Assembly (NCBI GenBank): GCA_051313645.2
Contig: JBNRSN020000031.1
Coordinates: forward strand, 5,704,001 to 5,768,000
Reading direction: 5' to 3'
Source of the DNA: Centroscyllium fabricii
Lineage: Eukaryota
Length of the DNA stretch: 64,000 nucleotides
Shown here: positions 43,493 to 59,833 of the stretch, in pieces
Layout of the letters: each line of letters opens with the position of its first letter
Position numbering within the stretch: position 1 is the stretch's first letter
Notes under the pieces: generated by a model
Database searches by the model: none
Seen by the model: the letters and a program-made list of their open reading frames with translations, nothing else
Told to the model about the DNA's origin: nothing
Program-made: the position numbers and the translations under genes

Positions 43493-46400
43493 ATTATATT
43501 CACCTAATCACATGCTGAGTTATTATTGGCCCACAGGCATCTGTAAGGACTACATATTATATTCACGTAATCACTTGATGAGTTATCATTGGCACACAGG
43601 CATCTGTACGGGCTAACTATTATACTCCCGTAATAATATTTCTGAGTTATCATTGCCCACAGGCATCTGTAAGGACTACATTTATATTCACATAATCAAA
43701 TGCTGAGTTATCATTAGCCCACAGGCATCTGTAAGGACCACCTATTATATTCAGGTAATCACATGCTAAATTATGATTGGCCCACAGGCATCTGTAAGGA
43801 CTACCTATTATATTCACGTAATCACATGCTGAGTTATCATTGGCCCACAGGCATCTGTAAGGACTACCTGTTATATTCACGTAATTACATGCTGAGTTAT
43901 CATTCGACAACAGGCATTTGTAAGGACTACCTATTATATACACGTATTCACATGCTGAGTTATCATTGGCCCACAGGTATCAGTAAGGACTACCTATTAT
44001 ATTCACGTAATCACATGCTGAGTTATCATTGGCCCACAGGCAACTGTATGGACTACCTATTATATTCACGTAATCACATGCTGAGTTATCATTGGCCCAC
44101 AGGTATCTGTAAGGACTTCCTATTAAATTCACGTAATCACATACTGAGATATCATTGGCCCACAGGCATTTGGAAGGACTACCTATTATATTCACGTAAT
44201 CACATGCTGAATTATCATTGGACCAAAGGCATCTGTAAGGACTACCTATTATATTCACGTAATCACATGTTGAGTTATCATTGGCCCACAGGCATCTGTA
44301 TGGACTACTTGTTATATTCACGTAATCACATGCTGAGTTATCATTGGCCCACAGGCATCTGTAAGGACTACTATTGTATTCACTTAACCACATGCTGAGT
44401 TATCATTGGCCCACTGGCATCTGTAAGGACTACTATTGTATTCACTTAACCACATGCTGAGTTATTATTGGCCGCAGGCATCTGTAAGGACTACCTATTA
44501 TATTCACGTAATCACATGCTGAGTTATCATTGGCCCACAGGCATCTGTATGGACCTCGTATTATATTCACGTATTCACATGCTGAGTTATCATTGGCCCA
44601 CAGGCATCTGTAAGGACTACCTATTATATTCACGTAATCACATGCTGAGTTATCATTGGCCCACAGGCATCTGGAAGGAGTACCTATTATATTCACGTAA
44701 TCACATGCTGAATTATCATTGGACCAAAGGCATCTGTAAGGACTACTATTGTATTCACGTAATCACATGCTGAGATATCATTGGCCCACAGGCATCTGTA
44801 AGGACTACCTATTATACTTACGTAATCACATGCTGAGTTATCATTGGCCCACAGTCATCTGGAAGGACTACCTATTATATTCACGTAATCACATGCTGAG
44901 TTATTATTGGCCCACAGGCATCTGGAAGGACTACCTATTATATTCACGTAATCACATGCTGAATTATCATTGGTCCAAAGGCATCTGTAAGGACTACCTA
45001 TTATATTCACGTAATCACTTGTTGAGTTATCATTGGCCCACAGGCATCTTGTAAGGACTACCTATTATATTCACGTAATCACATGCTGAATTATCATTGG
45101 CCCGCAGGCATCTGTAAGGACTACCTGTTATATTCATGTAATCACATGCTGAGTTATCATTGGCCCACAGGCATTTGTAAGGACTACGTATTATATTCAC
45201 GTATTCACATGCTGAGTTATCATTGGCCCACAGGCATCTGTAAGGACTACCTATTATATTCACGTAATCACATGCTGAGTTATCATTGGCCCACAGGCAT
45301 CTGTAAGGACTACCTATTATATTCACGTAATCACATGCTGAGATATCATTGGCCCACAGGCATCTGTAAGGACTATCTATTATATTCATGTAATCACATG
45401 CTAAGTTATCATTGGACCACAGGCATCTGTAAGGACTACCTATTATATTCACGTAATCACATGCTGAATTATCATTGGCCCACAGGCATCTGTAATGACT
45501 ACCTATTATATTTACGTAATCACATGCTGAGTTATCATTGGCCCGCAGGCATCTGTAAGGACTACCAATTATATTCACGTGATCACATGCTGAGTTATCA
45601 TTGGCCCACAGGCATCTGTAAGGACTACTATTGTACTCAATTAACCAAATGCTGAGTTATCATTGGCCCGCAGGCATCTGTAAGGACTACCAATTATATT
45701 CACGTGATCACATGCTGTGTTATCTTTGGCCCACAGGCATCTGTAAAGACTACTATTATATTCACGTAATCACAAGCTGAGTTATCATTGGACACCTGGC
45801 ATCTGTAAGGACTACTATTGTATTCATGTAATCAAACACTGAGATATCATTGGCCCACAGGCATCTGTAAGGACTACTATTGTATTCACGTAATCACATG
45901 CTGAGTTATCATTGGCCCGCAGGCATCTGTAAGGGCTACCTATTATATTCACGTAATCACATGCTGAGTTATCATTGGCCCACAGGCATCTGTAAGGACT
46001 ACTATTATATTCACGTAATCATATGCTGAGTTATCATTGGTCCATAGGCATCTGTAAGGACTACCTATTATATTCACGTAATCAAATGCTGAATTATCAT
46101 TGTCCCAGAGGCATCTGTAAGGACTACCTATTATAATCACGTAATCACATGCTGAGTTATCGTTGGCCCACAGGAATCTGTAAGGACTACCTATTATATT
46201 CATGTAATCACATGCTGAGTTATCATTGGCCCACAGGCATCTGTAAGGACTACCTGTTATATTCACGTAATCACATGCTGAGTTATCATTGGCCCACAGG
46301 CATTTGGAAGGACTACCTATTATATTCACGTATTCACATGCTTAGTTATCATTGGCCCACAGGCATCTGTAAGGACTACCTTTTAAATTCACATAATCAC

Positions 46401-49400
46401 ATGCTGAGTTATCATTGGCCCACAGGCATCTGTAAGGACTACCTATTATATTCACGTAATCACATGCTGAGTTATCATTGTCCCACAGTTATCTGTAAGG
46501 ACTACCTATTATATTCACGTAATCACATGCTGCGTTATCATTGTCCCACAGGCATCTGGAAGGACTACATGTTATATTCACGTAATCACATGCTGAAATA
46601 TCATTGGACCAAAGGCATCTGTAAGGACTACCTATTATATTCACGTAATCACATGTTGAGATATCATTGGCCCACAGGCATCTGTAAGGACTACCTATTA
46701 TATTCACGTAATCACATGTTGAGTTATCATTGGCCCACAGGCATCTGGAAGGACTATCTATTATATTCACGTAATCTCATGCTGAGTTATCATTGGCCAC
46801 AGGCATCTGTAAGGACAACCTATTATATTCACGTAATCACATGCTGAGTTATCATTGGCCTGCAGGCATCTGTAAGAAATGCCTATTATATTCACGTAAT
46901 CAGATGCTGAGTTATCATTGGCCCACAGGCATCTGTAAGGACTACCTATTATATTCACGTAATCACATGCTGAGTTATCATTGGCCACAGGCATCTGTAA
47001 AGACTACCTATTATATTCACGTAATCACATGCTGAGTTATCATTGGCCCACAGGCATCTGTAAGAACTACCTTTTATATTCACGTAATCACATGCTGAAT
47101 TATCATTGGCCCACAGGCATCTGGAAGGACTACCTATTATATTCACGTAATCACATTCTGATTTATAATTGGCCCACAGGCATCTGGAAGGACTACCTAT
47201 TATATTCACGTAATCACATGCTGAATTATCATTGGACCAAAGGCATCTGTAAGGACTACCTATTATATTCACGTAATCACATGTTAGTTATCATTGGCCC
47301 CAGGCATCTGTAAGGACTACCTATTACATTCAGGTAATCACATGCTGAATTATCATTGCCCACAGGCATCTGGAAGGACTACCTATAATATTCACGTAAT
47401 CACATGCTGATTTATCATTGGACCAAAGGCATCTGTAAGGACTAATATTGTATTCACGTAATCACATGCTGAGATATCATTGGCCCACAGGCATCTGTAA
47501 GGACTATCTATTATATTTACGTAATTACATGCTGAGTTATCATTGGCCCACAGGCATCTGTAAGGACTACCTATTATATTCAGGTAATCACATGCTGAAT
47601 TATCATTGCCCACAGGCATCTGTAAGGACTACCCATTATATTCACGTAATCACATGCTGAGTTATCATTGCCCCACTGGCATCTGTATGGACTACCTATT
47701 ATATTCACGTAATCACATGCTGAGTTATCATCGGCCCACAGGCATCTGTAAGGACTACCTATTATATTCACGTAATCACATGCTGAGTTATCATTGGCCC
47801 ACAGGCATCTGTAAGGACTACTATTGTTTTCACGTAATCAAATGCTGAGTTATCATTGGCCCACAGGCATCTGTAAGGACTACCTATTATATTCAGGTAA
47901 TCACATGCTGAATTATCATTGGCCCACAGGCATCTGTAAGGACTACATATTATATTCACGTAATCACATGCTGAGTTATCATTGGCCCACAGGCATCTCT
48001 AAGGACTACCTGATATATTCATGTAATCACATGCTGACTTATCATTGGCCCACAGGCATTTGTAAGGACTACGTGTTATATTCACGTATTCACATGCTGA
48101 GTTATCATTGGCCCACAGGCATCTGTAAGGATTACCTATTATATTCACGTAATCACATGCTGAATTATCATTGGCCCACAGGCATCTGTAATGACTACCT
48201 ATTATATTTACGTAATCACATGCTGAGTTATCATTGGCCCGCAGGCATCTGTAAGGACTACCAATTATATTCACGTGATCACATGCTGAGTTATCATTGG
48301 CCCACAGGCATCTGTAAGGACTAATATTGTACTCAATTAAACAAATGCTGAGTTATCATTGGCCCACAGGCATCTGTAAGGACTACTATTGTATTCACGT
48401 AATCACATGCTGAGTTATCATTTGCCCGCAGGCAACTGTAAGGACTACCTATTATATTCACGTAATCACATGCTGAATTACCATTGCCCACAGGTATCTG
48501 TAAGGGTTACCTATTATATTCACGTAATCACATGCTGAGTTATCATTGGCCCACAGGATTCTGTAAGGACTACCTATTATATTCACGTAATCACATGCTG
48601 AATTAACATTGGCCCGCAGGCATCTGTAAGGACTACCAATTATTTTCACGTGATCACATGCTGAGTTATCATTGGCCCACAGGCATCTGTAAGGACTACT
48701 ATTGTTTTCACGTAATCAAATGCTGAGTTATCATTGGCCCACAGACATCTGTAAGGACTACCTATTATATTCAGGTAATCACATGCTGAATTATCATTGG
48801 CCCACAGGCATCTGTAAGGACTACATATTATATTCACGTAATCACATGCTGAGTTATCATTGGCCCACAGGCATCTGTAAGTCTACCTGTTATATTCATG
48901 TAATCACATGCTGAGTTATCATTGGCCCACAGGCATTTGTAAGGACTACGTATTGTATTCACATATTCACATGCTGAGTTATCATTGGCCCACAGGCATC
49001 TGTAAGGACTACCTATTATATTCACGTAATCAAATGCTGAGTTATCATTGGCCCACAGGCATCTGTAAGGCCTACCTATTATATTCACATAATCACATGC
49101 TGAGATATCATTGGCCCACAGGCATCTGTAAGGACTGTCTATTATATTCACGTAATCACATGCTAAGTTATCATTGGCCCACAGGCATCTGTAAGGACTA
49201 CCTATTATATTCACGTAATCACATGCTGAATTATCATTGGCCCACAGGCATCTGTAATGACTACCTATTATATTTACGTAATCACATGCTGAGTTATCAT
49301 TGGCCCGCAGGCATCTGTAAGGACTACCAATTATATTCACTTGATCACTTGCTGAGTTATCATTGGCACACAGGCATCTGTAAGGACTACTATTGTTTTC

Positions 49401-52400
49401 ATGTAATCAAATGCTGAGTTATCATTGGCCCACAGACATCTGTAAGGACTACCTATTATATTCAGGTAATCACATGCTGAATTATCATTGGCCCACAGGC
49501 ATCTGTAAGGACTACATATTATATTCACGTAATCACATGCTGAGTTATCATTGGCCCACAGGCATCTGTAAGGACTACCTGTTATATTCATGTAATCACA
49601 TGCTGAGTTATCATTGGCCCACAGGCATTTGTAAGGACTACGTATTATATTCACGTATTCACATGCTGAGTTATCATTGGCCCACAGGCATCTGTAAGGA
49701 CTACCTATTATATTCACGTAATCACATGCTGAGTTATCATTGGCGCACAGGCATCTGTAAGGACTACCTATTATATTCACGTAATCACATGCTGAGATAT
49801 CATTGGCCCACAGGCATCTGTAAGGACTATCTATTATATTCATGTAATCACATGCTAAGTTATCATTGGACCACAGGCATCTGTAAGGACTACCTATTAT
49901 ATTCACGTAATCACATGCTGAATTATCATTGGCCCACAGGCATCTGTAATGACTACCTATTATATTTACGTAATCACATGCTGAGTTATCATTGGCCCGC
50001 AGGCATCTGTAAGGACTAACAATTATATTCACGTGATCACATGCTGAGTTATCATTGGCCCACAGGCATCTGTAAGGACTACTATTGTACTCAATTAATC
50101 AAATGGTGAGTTATCATTGGCCCGCAGGCATCTGTAAGGACTACCAATTATATTCACGTGATCACATGCTGAGTTATCATTGGCCCACAGGCATCTGTAA
50201 GGACTACTATTATATTAACGTAATCACAAGCTGAGTTATCATTGGACACCTGGAATCTGTAAGGACTACTATTGTATTCACGTAATCAAACACTGAGATA
50301 TCATTGGCCCACAGGCATCTGTAAGGACTACTATTGTATTCACGTAATCACATGCTGAGTTATCATTGGCCCGCAGGCATCTGTAAGGGCAACCTATTAT
50401 ATTCACGTAATCACATGCTGAGTTATCATTGGCCCACAGGCATCTGTAAGGACTACTACTATATTCACGTAATCATATGCTGAGTTATCATTGGTCCATA
50501 GGCATCTGTAAGGACCACCTATTATATTCACGTAATCAAATGCTGAATTATCATTGTCCCAGAGGCATCTGTAAGGACTACCTATTATAATCACGTAATC
50601 ACATGCTGAGTTATCATTGGCCCACAGGAATCTGTAAGGACTACCTATTATATTCATGTAATCACATGCTGAGTTATCATTGGCCCACAGGCATCTGTAA
50701 GGACTACCTGTTATATTCACGTAATCACATGCTGTGCTATCATTGGCCCACAGGCATTTGGAAGGACTACTTATTATATTCACGTATTCACATGCTGAGT
50801 TATCATTGGCCCACAGGCATCTGTAAGGACTGCCTTTTATATTCACATAATCACATGCTGAGTTATCATTGGCCCACAGGCATCTGTAAGGACTACCTAT
50901 TATATTCACGTAATCACATGCTGAGTTATCATTGTCCCACAGGTATCTGTAAGGACTACCTATTATATTCACGTAATCACATGCTGCGTTATCATTGTCC
51001 CACAGGCATCTGGAAGGACTACCTATTATATTCACGTAATCACATGCTGAAATATCATTGGACCAAAGGCATCTGTAAGGACTACCTATTATATTCACGT
51101 AATCACATGTTGAGATATCATTGGTCCACAGGCATCTGTAAGGACTACCTATTATATTCATATAATCAAATGTTGAGTTATCATTGGCCCACAAGCATCT
51201 GGAAGGACTATCTATTATATTCACGTAATCACATGCTGAGTTATCATTGGCCACAGGCATCTGTAAGGACAACCTATTATATTCACGTAATCACATGCTG
51301 AGTTATCATTGGACTGCAGGCATCTGTAAGAACTGCCTATTATATTCACGTAATCAGATGCTGAGTTATCATTGGCCCACAGGCATCTGTAAGGACTACC
51401 TATTATATTCACGTAATCACATGCTGAGTTATCATTGGCCCACAGGCATCTGTAAGAACTATCTTTTATATTCACGTAATCACATGCTGAATTATCATTG
51501 GCCCACAGGCATCTGGAAGGACTACCTATTATATTCACGTAATCACATTCTGATTTATAATTGGCCCACAGGCATCTGGAAGGACTACCTACTATATTCA
51601 CGTAATCACATGCTGAATTATCATTGGACCAAAGGCATCTGTAAGGACTACCTATTATACTCACATAATCACATGTTGAGTTATCATTGGCCCCAGGCAT
51701 CTGTAAGGACTACCTATTATATTCAGGTAATCACCTGCTGAATTATCATTGCCCACAGGCATCTGGAAGGACTACCTATAATATTCACGTAATCACATGC
51801 TGATTTATCATTGGAACAAAGGCATCTGTAAGGACTAATATTGTATTCACGTAATCACATGCTGAGATATCATTGGCCCACAGGCATCTGTAAGGACTAC
51901 CTATTATATTTACGTAATCACATGCTGAGTTATCATTGGCCCACATGCATCTGGAAGGCCTACCTATTATATTCACGTAATCACATGCTGAATTATCATT
52001 GGACCAAAGGCATCTGTAAGGACTACCTATTATATTCACGTAATCACATGTTGAGTTATCATTGGCCCGCAGGCAACTGTAAGGACTACCTATTATATTC
52101 AGGTAATCACATGCTGAATTATCATTGCCCACAGGCATCTGTAAGGACTACCTATTATATTCACGTAATCACATGCTGAGTTATCATTGCCCCACTGGCA
52201 TCTGTATGGACTACCTATTATATTCACGTAATCACATGCTGAGTTATCATCGGCCCACAGGCATCTGTAAGGACTATCTATTATATTCACGTAATCACAT
52301 GCTAAGTTATCATTGGCCCACAGGCATCTGTAAGGACTACCTATTATAATCACGTAATCACATGCTGAATTTTCATTGGCCCACATGAATCTGTAAGGAC

Positions 52401-55400
52401 TACCTATTATATTCATGTAATCACATGCTGAGTTATCATTGGCCCACAGGCATCTGTAAGGACTACCTGTTATATTCACGTAATCATGCTGAGTTATCAT
52501 TGGCCCACAGGCATTTGGAAGGACTACCTATTATATTCACGTATTCACATGCTGATTTATCATTGGCCCACAGGCATCTGTAAGGACTACCTTTTATATT
52601 CACGTAATCACATGCTGAATTATCATTGGCCAACAGGCATCTGTAAGGAATACCTATTATATTGACGTAATCATATGCTGAGTTATCATCGGCCAACAGT
52701 CATCTGTAAGGACAACTTATTGTATTCATGTAATCACATGCTGAGTTTTCATTGGCCCACAGTCATCTGTAAGGACTACCTATTATATTCACATAATCAC
52801 ATGCTGAGTTATCATTGGCCCACAGGCATCTGACAGGACTACCTATAATATTCACGTAATCACATGCTGATTTATCATTGGCCCACAGGCATCTGTAAGG
52901 ACAACTATTGTTATCACGTAATCAAATGCTGAGTTATCATTGGCCCACAGACATCTGTAAGGACTACCTATTATATTCAGGTAATCACATGCTGAATTAT
53001 CATTGGCCCACAGGCATCTGTAAGGACTACATATTATATTCACGTAATCACATGCTGAGTTATCATTGGCCCACAGGCATCTGTAAGGACTACCTGTTAT
53101 ATTCATGTAATCACATGCTGAGTTATCATTGGCCCACAGGCATTTGTAAGGACTACGTATTATATTCACATATTCACATGCTGAGTTATCATTGGCCCAG
53201 AGGCATCTGTAAGGACTACCTATTATATTCACGTAATCACATGCTGAGTTATCATTGGCCCACAGGCATCTGTATGGCCTACCTATTATATTCACGTAAT
53301 CACATGCTGAGATATCATTGGCCCACAGGCATCTGTAAGGACTATCTATTATATTCACGTAATCACATGCTAAGTTATCATTGGCCCACAGGCATCTGTA
53401 AGGACTACCTATTATATTCACGTAATCACATGCTGAATTATCATTGGCCCACAGGCATCTGTAATGACTACCTATTATATTTACGTAATCACATGCTGAG
53501 TTATCATTGGCCCGCAGGCATCTGTAAGGACTACCAATTATATTCTCGTGATCACATGCTGAGTTATCATTGGCCCACAGGCATCTGTAAGGACTACTAT
53601 TGTACTCAATTAACCAAATGCTGAGTTATCATTGGCCCACAGGCATCTGTAAGGACTACTATTATATTCACGTAATCACATGCTGAGTTATCATTGGCCC
53701 GCAGGCATCTGTAAGGACCACCTATTATATTCACGTAATCACACGCTGAGTTATCATTGGCCCACAGGCATCTGTAAGGACTACTATTATATTCACGTAT
53801 TCACAAGCTGAGTTATCATTGGCCCACTGGCATCTGTAAGGGCTACTATTGTATTCACGTAATCAAACGCTGAGATATCATTGGCCCACAGGCATCTGTA
53901 AGGACTGCTATTGTATTCACGTAATCACATGCTGAGTTATCATTGGCCCGCAGGCATCTGTATGGGCTACCTATTATATTCACGTAATCACATGCTGAGT
54001 TATCATTGGCCCACAGGCATCTGTAAGGACTACTATTATATTCACGTAATCATATGCTGAGTTATCATTGGCCCATAGTCATCTGTAAGTACTACCTATT
54101 ATATTCACGTAATCAAATGCTGAATTATCATTGTCCCAGAGGCATCTGTAAGGACTACCTATTATAATCACGTAATCACATGCTGAATTATCATTGGCCC
54201 ACAGGAATCTGTAAGGACTACCTATTATATTCATGTAAACACATGCTGAGTTATCATTGGCCCACAGGCATCTGTAAGGACTACCTGTTATATTCACGTA
54301 ATCACATGCTGAGTTATCATTGGCCCACAGGCATTTGTAAGGACTACCTATTATATTCACGTATTCACATGCTGAGTTATCATTGGCCCACAGGCATCTG
54401 TAAGGACTTCCTTTTATATTCACGTAATCACATGCTGAATTATCATTGGCCAACAGGCATCTGTAAGGAATACCTATTATATTCACGTAATCATATGCTG
54501 AGTTATCATCGGCCAACAGTCATCTGTAAGGACAACTTATTGTATTCAAGTAATCACATGCTGAGTTATCATTGGCCCACAGTCATCTGTAAGGACTACC
54601 TATTATATTCACATAATCACATGCTGAGTTATCATTGGCCCACAGGCATCTGGAAGGACTACCTATAATATTCACGTAATCACATGCTGATTTATCATTG
54701 GACCAAATGCATCTGTAAGGACTAATATTGTATTCACGTAATCACATGCTGAGATATAATTGGCCCACAGGCATCTGTAAGGACTACCTATTATATTTAC
54801 GTAATCACATGCTGAGTTATCATTGGCCCACATGCATCTGGAAGGCCTACCTATTATATTCACGTAATCACATGCTGAATTATCATTGGACCAAAGGCAT
54901 CTGTAAGGACTGCCTATTATATTCACGTAATCACATGTTGAGTTATCATTGGCCCGCAGGCATCTGTAAGGACTACCTATTATATTCAGGTAATCACATG
55001 CTGAATTATCATTGCCCACAGGCATCTGTAAGGAATACCTATTATATTCACGTAATCACATGCTAAGTTATCATTGCCCCACTGGCATCTGTATGGACTA
55101 CCTATTATATTCACGTAATCACATGCTGAGTTATCATCGGCCCACAGGCATCTGTAAGGACTACCTATTATATTCACGTAATCACATGCTGAGTTATCAT
55201 TGGCCCACAGGCATCTGGAAGGACTACCTATAATATTCACGTATTCACATGCTGAGTTATCATTGGCCCACAGGCATCTGTAAGGACTACTATTGTTTTC
55301 ACGTAATCAAATGCTGAGTTATCATTGGCCCACAGGCAGCTGTAAGGACTACCTATTATATTCAGGTAATCACATGCTGAATTATCATTGGCCCACAGGC

Positions 55401-58400
55401 ATCTGTAAGGACTACATATTATATTCACGTAATCACATGCTGAGTTATCATTGTCCCACAGGCATCTGTAAGGACTACCTGTTATATTCATGTAATCACA
55501 TGCTGAGTTATCATTGGCCCACAGGCATTTGTAAGGACTACGTATTATATTCATGTATTCACATGCTGAGTTATCATTGGCCCACAGGCATCTGTAAGGA
55601 TTACCTATTATATTCACGTAATCACATGCTGAATTATCATTGGCCCACAGGCATCTGTAATGACTACCTATTATATTTACGTAATAACATGCTGAGTTAT
55701 CATTGGCCCGCAGGCATCTGTAAGGACTACCAATTATATTCACGTGATCACATGCTGAGTTATCATTGGCCCACAGGCATCTGTAAGGACTACTATTGTA
55801 CTCAATTAAACAAATGCTGAGTTATCATTGGCCCACAGGCATCTGTAAGGACTACTATTGTATTCACGTAAACACATGCTGAGTTATCATTGGCCCGCAG
55901 GCATCTGTAAGGACTACCTATTATATTCACGTAATCACATGCTGAATTACCATTGCCCACAGGTATCTGTAAGGGTTACCTATTATATTCACGTAATCAC
56001 ATGCTGAGTTATCATTGGCCCACAGGATTCTGTAAGGACTACCTATTATATTCACGTAATCACATGCTGAATTATCATTGGCCCGCAGGCATCTGTAAGG
56101 ACTACCAATTATATTCACGTGATCACATGCTGAGTTATCATTGGCCCACATGCATCTGTAAGGACAACTATTGTTTTCACGTAATCAAATGCTGAGTTAT
56201 CATTGGCCCACAGACATCTGTAAGGACTACCTATTATATTCAGGTAATCACATGCTGAATTATCATTGGCCCACAGGCATCTGTAAGGACTACATATTAT
56301 ATTCACATAATCACATGCTGAGTTATCATTGGCCCACAGGCATCTGTAAGGACTACCTGTTATATTCATGTAATCACATGCTGAGTTATCATTGGCCCAC
56401 AGGCATCTGTAAGGACTACGTATTATATTCACATATTCACATGCTGAGTTATCATTGGCCCACAGGCATCTGTAAGGACTACCTATTATATTCACGTAAT
56501 CACATGCTGAGTTATCATTGGCCCACAGGCATCTGTATGGCCTACCTATTATATTCACGTAATCACATGCTGAGACATCATTGGCCCACAGGCATCTGTA
56601 AGGACTATCTATTATATTCACGTAATCACATGCTAAGTTATCATTGGCCCACAGGCATCTGTAAGGACTACCTATTATATTCACGTAATCACATGCTGAA
56701 TTATCATTGGCCCACAGGCATCTGTAATGACTACCTATTATATTTACGTAATCACATGCTGAGTTATCATTGGCCCGCAGGCATCTGTAAGGACTACCAA
56801 TTATATTCTCGTGATCACATGCTGAGTTATCATTGGCCCACAGGCATCTGTAAGGACTACTATTGTACTCAATTAACCAAATGCTGAGTTATCATTGGCC
56901 CACAGGCATCTGTAAGGACTACTATTGTATTCACGTAATCACATGCTGAGTTATCAATGGCCCGCAGGCATCTGTAAGGACCACCTATTATATTCACGTA
57001 ATCACACGCTGAGTTATCATTGGCCCACAGGCATCTGTAAGGACTGCTATTATATTCACGTATTCACATGCTGAGTTATCATTGGCCCACTGGCATCTGT
57101 AAGGACTACTATTGTATTCACGTAATCAAACGCTGAGATATCATTGGCCCACAGGCATCTGTAAGGACTGCTATTGTATTCACGTAATCACATGCTGGGT
57201 TATCATTGGACCGCAGGCATCTGTATGGGCTACCTATTATATTCACGTAATCACATGCTGAGTTATCATTGGCCCACAGGCATCTGTAAGGACTACTATT
57301 ATATTCACGTAATCATATGCTGAGTTATCATTGGCCCATAGGCATCTGTAAGGACTACCTATTATATTCACGTAATCAAATGCTGAATTATCATTGTCCC
57401 AGAGGCATCTGTAAGGACTACCTATTATAATCACGTAATCACATGCTGAATTATCATTGGCCCACAGGAATCTGTAAGGACTACCTATTATATTCATGTA
57501 ATCACATGCTGAGTTATCATTGGCCCACAGGCATCTGTAAGGACTACCTGTTATATTCACGTAATCACATGCTGAGTTATCATTGGCCCACAGGCATTTG
57601 GAAGGACTACCTATTATATTCACGTATTCACATGCTGAGTTATCATTGGCCCACAGGCATCTGTAAGGACTACCTTTTATATTCACGTAATCACATGCTG
57701 AATTATCATTGGCCAACAGGCATCTGTAAGGAATACCTATTATATTCACGTAATCATATGCTGAGTTATCATCGGCCAACAGTCATCTGTAAGGACAACT
57801 TATTGTATTCAAGTAATCACATGCTGAGTTATCATTGGCCCACAGTCATCTGTAAGGGCTACCTATTATATTCACATAATCACATGCTGAGTTATCATTG
57901 GCCCACAGGCATCTGTAAGGACTACCTATTATATTCACGTAATCACATGCTGAGTTATCATTGGCCCACAGGTATCTGTAAGGACTACCTATTATATTCA
58001 CGTAATCACATGCTGAGTTATCATTGGCCCACAGGCATCTGTAAGGACTACCTATTATATTCACGTAATCAAATGCTGAGTTATCATTGGCCTGCAGGCA
58101 TCTGTAAGAACTGCCTATTATATTCACGTAATCAGATGCTGAGTTATCATTGGCCCACAGGCATCTGTAAGGACTACCTATTATATTCACGTAATCACAT
58201 GCTGAGTTATCATTGGCCACAGGCATCTGTAAAGACTACCTATTATATTCACGTAATCACATGCTGAGTTATCATTGGCCCACAGGCATCTGTAAGAACT
58301 ACCTTTTATATTCACGTAATCACATGCTGAATTATCATTGGCCACAGGCATCTGAAAGTACTACCTATTATATTCACGTAATCACATTCTGATTTATCAT

Positions 58401-59753
58401 TGGCCAACAGGCATCTGGAAGGACTACCTATTATATTCACGTAATCACATGCTGAATTATCATTGGACCAAAGGCATCTGTAAGGACTACCTATTATATT
58501 CAGGTAATCACATGCTGAATTATCATTGCCCACAGGCATCTGTAAGGACTACCTATTATATTCACGTAATCACATGCTGAGTTATCATTGCCCCACTGGC
58601 ATCTGTATGGACTACCTATTATATTCACGTAATCACATTCTGAGTTATCATCGGCCCACAGGCATCTGGAAGGACTATCTATAATATTCACGTAATCACA
58701 TGCTGATTTATCATTGGACCAAAGGCATCTGTAAGGACTAATATTGTATTCACGTAATCACATGCTGAGTTATCATTGGCCCGCAGGCATCTGTAAGGAC
58801 TACCAATTATATTCACGTGATCACATGCTGAGTTATCATTGGCCCACAGGCATCTGTAAGGACTACTATTGTACTCAATTAACCAAATGCTGAGTTATCA
58901 TTGGCCCACAGGCATCTGTAAGTACTACTATTGTATTCACGTAATCACATGCTGAGTTATCATTGGCCCGCAGGCATCTGTAAGGACCACCTATTATATT
59001 GACGTAATCACACGCTGAGTTATCATTGGCACACAGGCATCTGTAAGGACTACTATTATATTCACGTATTCACAAGCTGAGTTATCATTGGCCCACTGGC
59101 ATCTGGAAGGACTACCAATTATATTCACGTAATCACATGCTGAATTATCATTGGACCAAAGGCATCTGTAAGGACTACCTGTTATATTCACGTAATCACA
59201 TGTTGAGTTATCATTGGCCCACAGGCATCTGTAAGGACTACCTATTATATTCACGTAATCACTTGTTGAGTTATCATTGGCCCACAGGCATCTGGAAGGA
59301 CTATCTATTATATTCACGTAATCACATGCTGAGTTATCATTGGCCACAGGTATCTGTAAGGACAACCTATTATATTCACGTAATCACATGCTGAGTTATC
59401 ATTGGCCCACAGGCATCTGTAAGGACTACCTATTATATTCACGTAATCAAATGCTGAGTTATCATTGGCCCACAGGCATCTGTAAGGACTACCTATTATA
59501 TTCACGTAATCACATGCTGAGTTATCATTGGGCCACAGGCATCTGTAAGGACTACCTATTATATTCACGTAATCACATGCTGAGTTATCATTGGCCCACA
59601 GGCATCTGGAAGGACTATCTATTATATTCACGTAATCACATGCTGAGTTATCATTGGCCACAGGCATCTGTAAGGTCAACCTATTATATTCACGTAATCA
59701 CATGCTGAGTTATCATTGGCCCACAGGCATCTGTAAGGACTACCTATTATATT
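43493..59753. repeat. 63-bp tandem satellite array, segment 2 (more diverged monomers; duplications at offsets 4454, 3263 and 7469 bp)
   Basis: Same monomer and orientation as segment 1. Pseudo-ORF offsets are 46149/50603 and 46793/51247 (4454), 52908/56171 and 54180/57443 (3263), 47824/55293 and 48702/56171 (7469). Confidence 0.98.
59742..59753 (+). repeat. Left copy of 12-bp target-site duplication ACCTATTATATT (right copy 62857-62868)
   Basis: An identical 12-mer flanks the LINE on both sides and duplicates monomer phase. It is 11 bp if A62857 belongs to the GAA tail. Confidence 0.9.
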
Positions 59754-59833
59754 ATGTTTAAACTAATTCTGCCACCACCATATACGCAAAGGATCTATCT
59801 CAGCGAAAAACGTCTGACAAAGCGACCAACATC

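Noticed and set aside
13-59708. Many plus-strand ORFs of the 21-aa repeat MLSYHWPTGICKDYLLYSRNH (up to 299 aa) as a Cys/His-rich repeat protein
   Set aside because: The frame is open only because the monomer is 63 bp and lacks a stop in that frame. 1-bp deletions shift the frame every few monomers, substitutions show no visible synonymous bias, and there is no unique N- or C-terminal domain.
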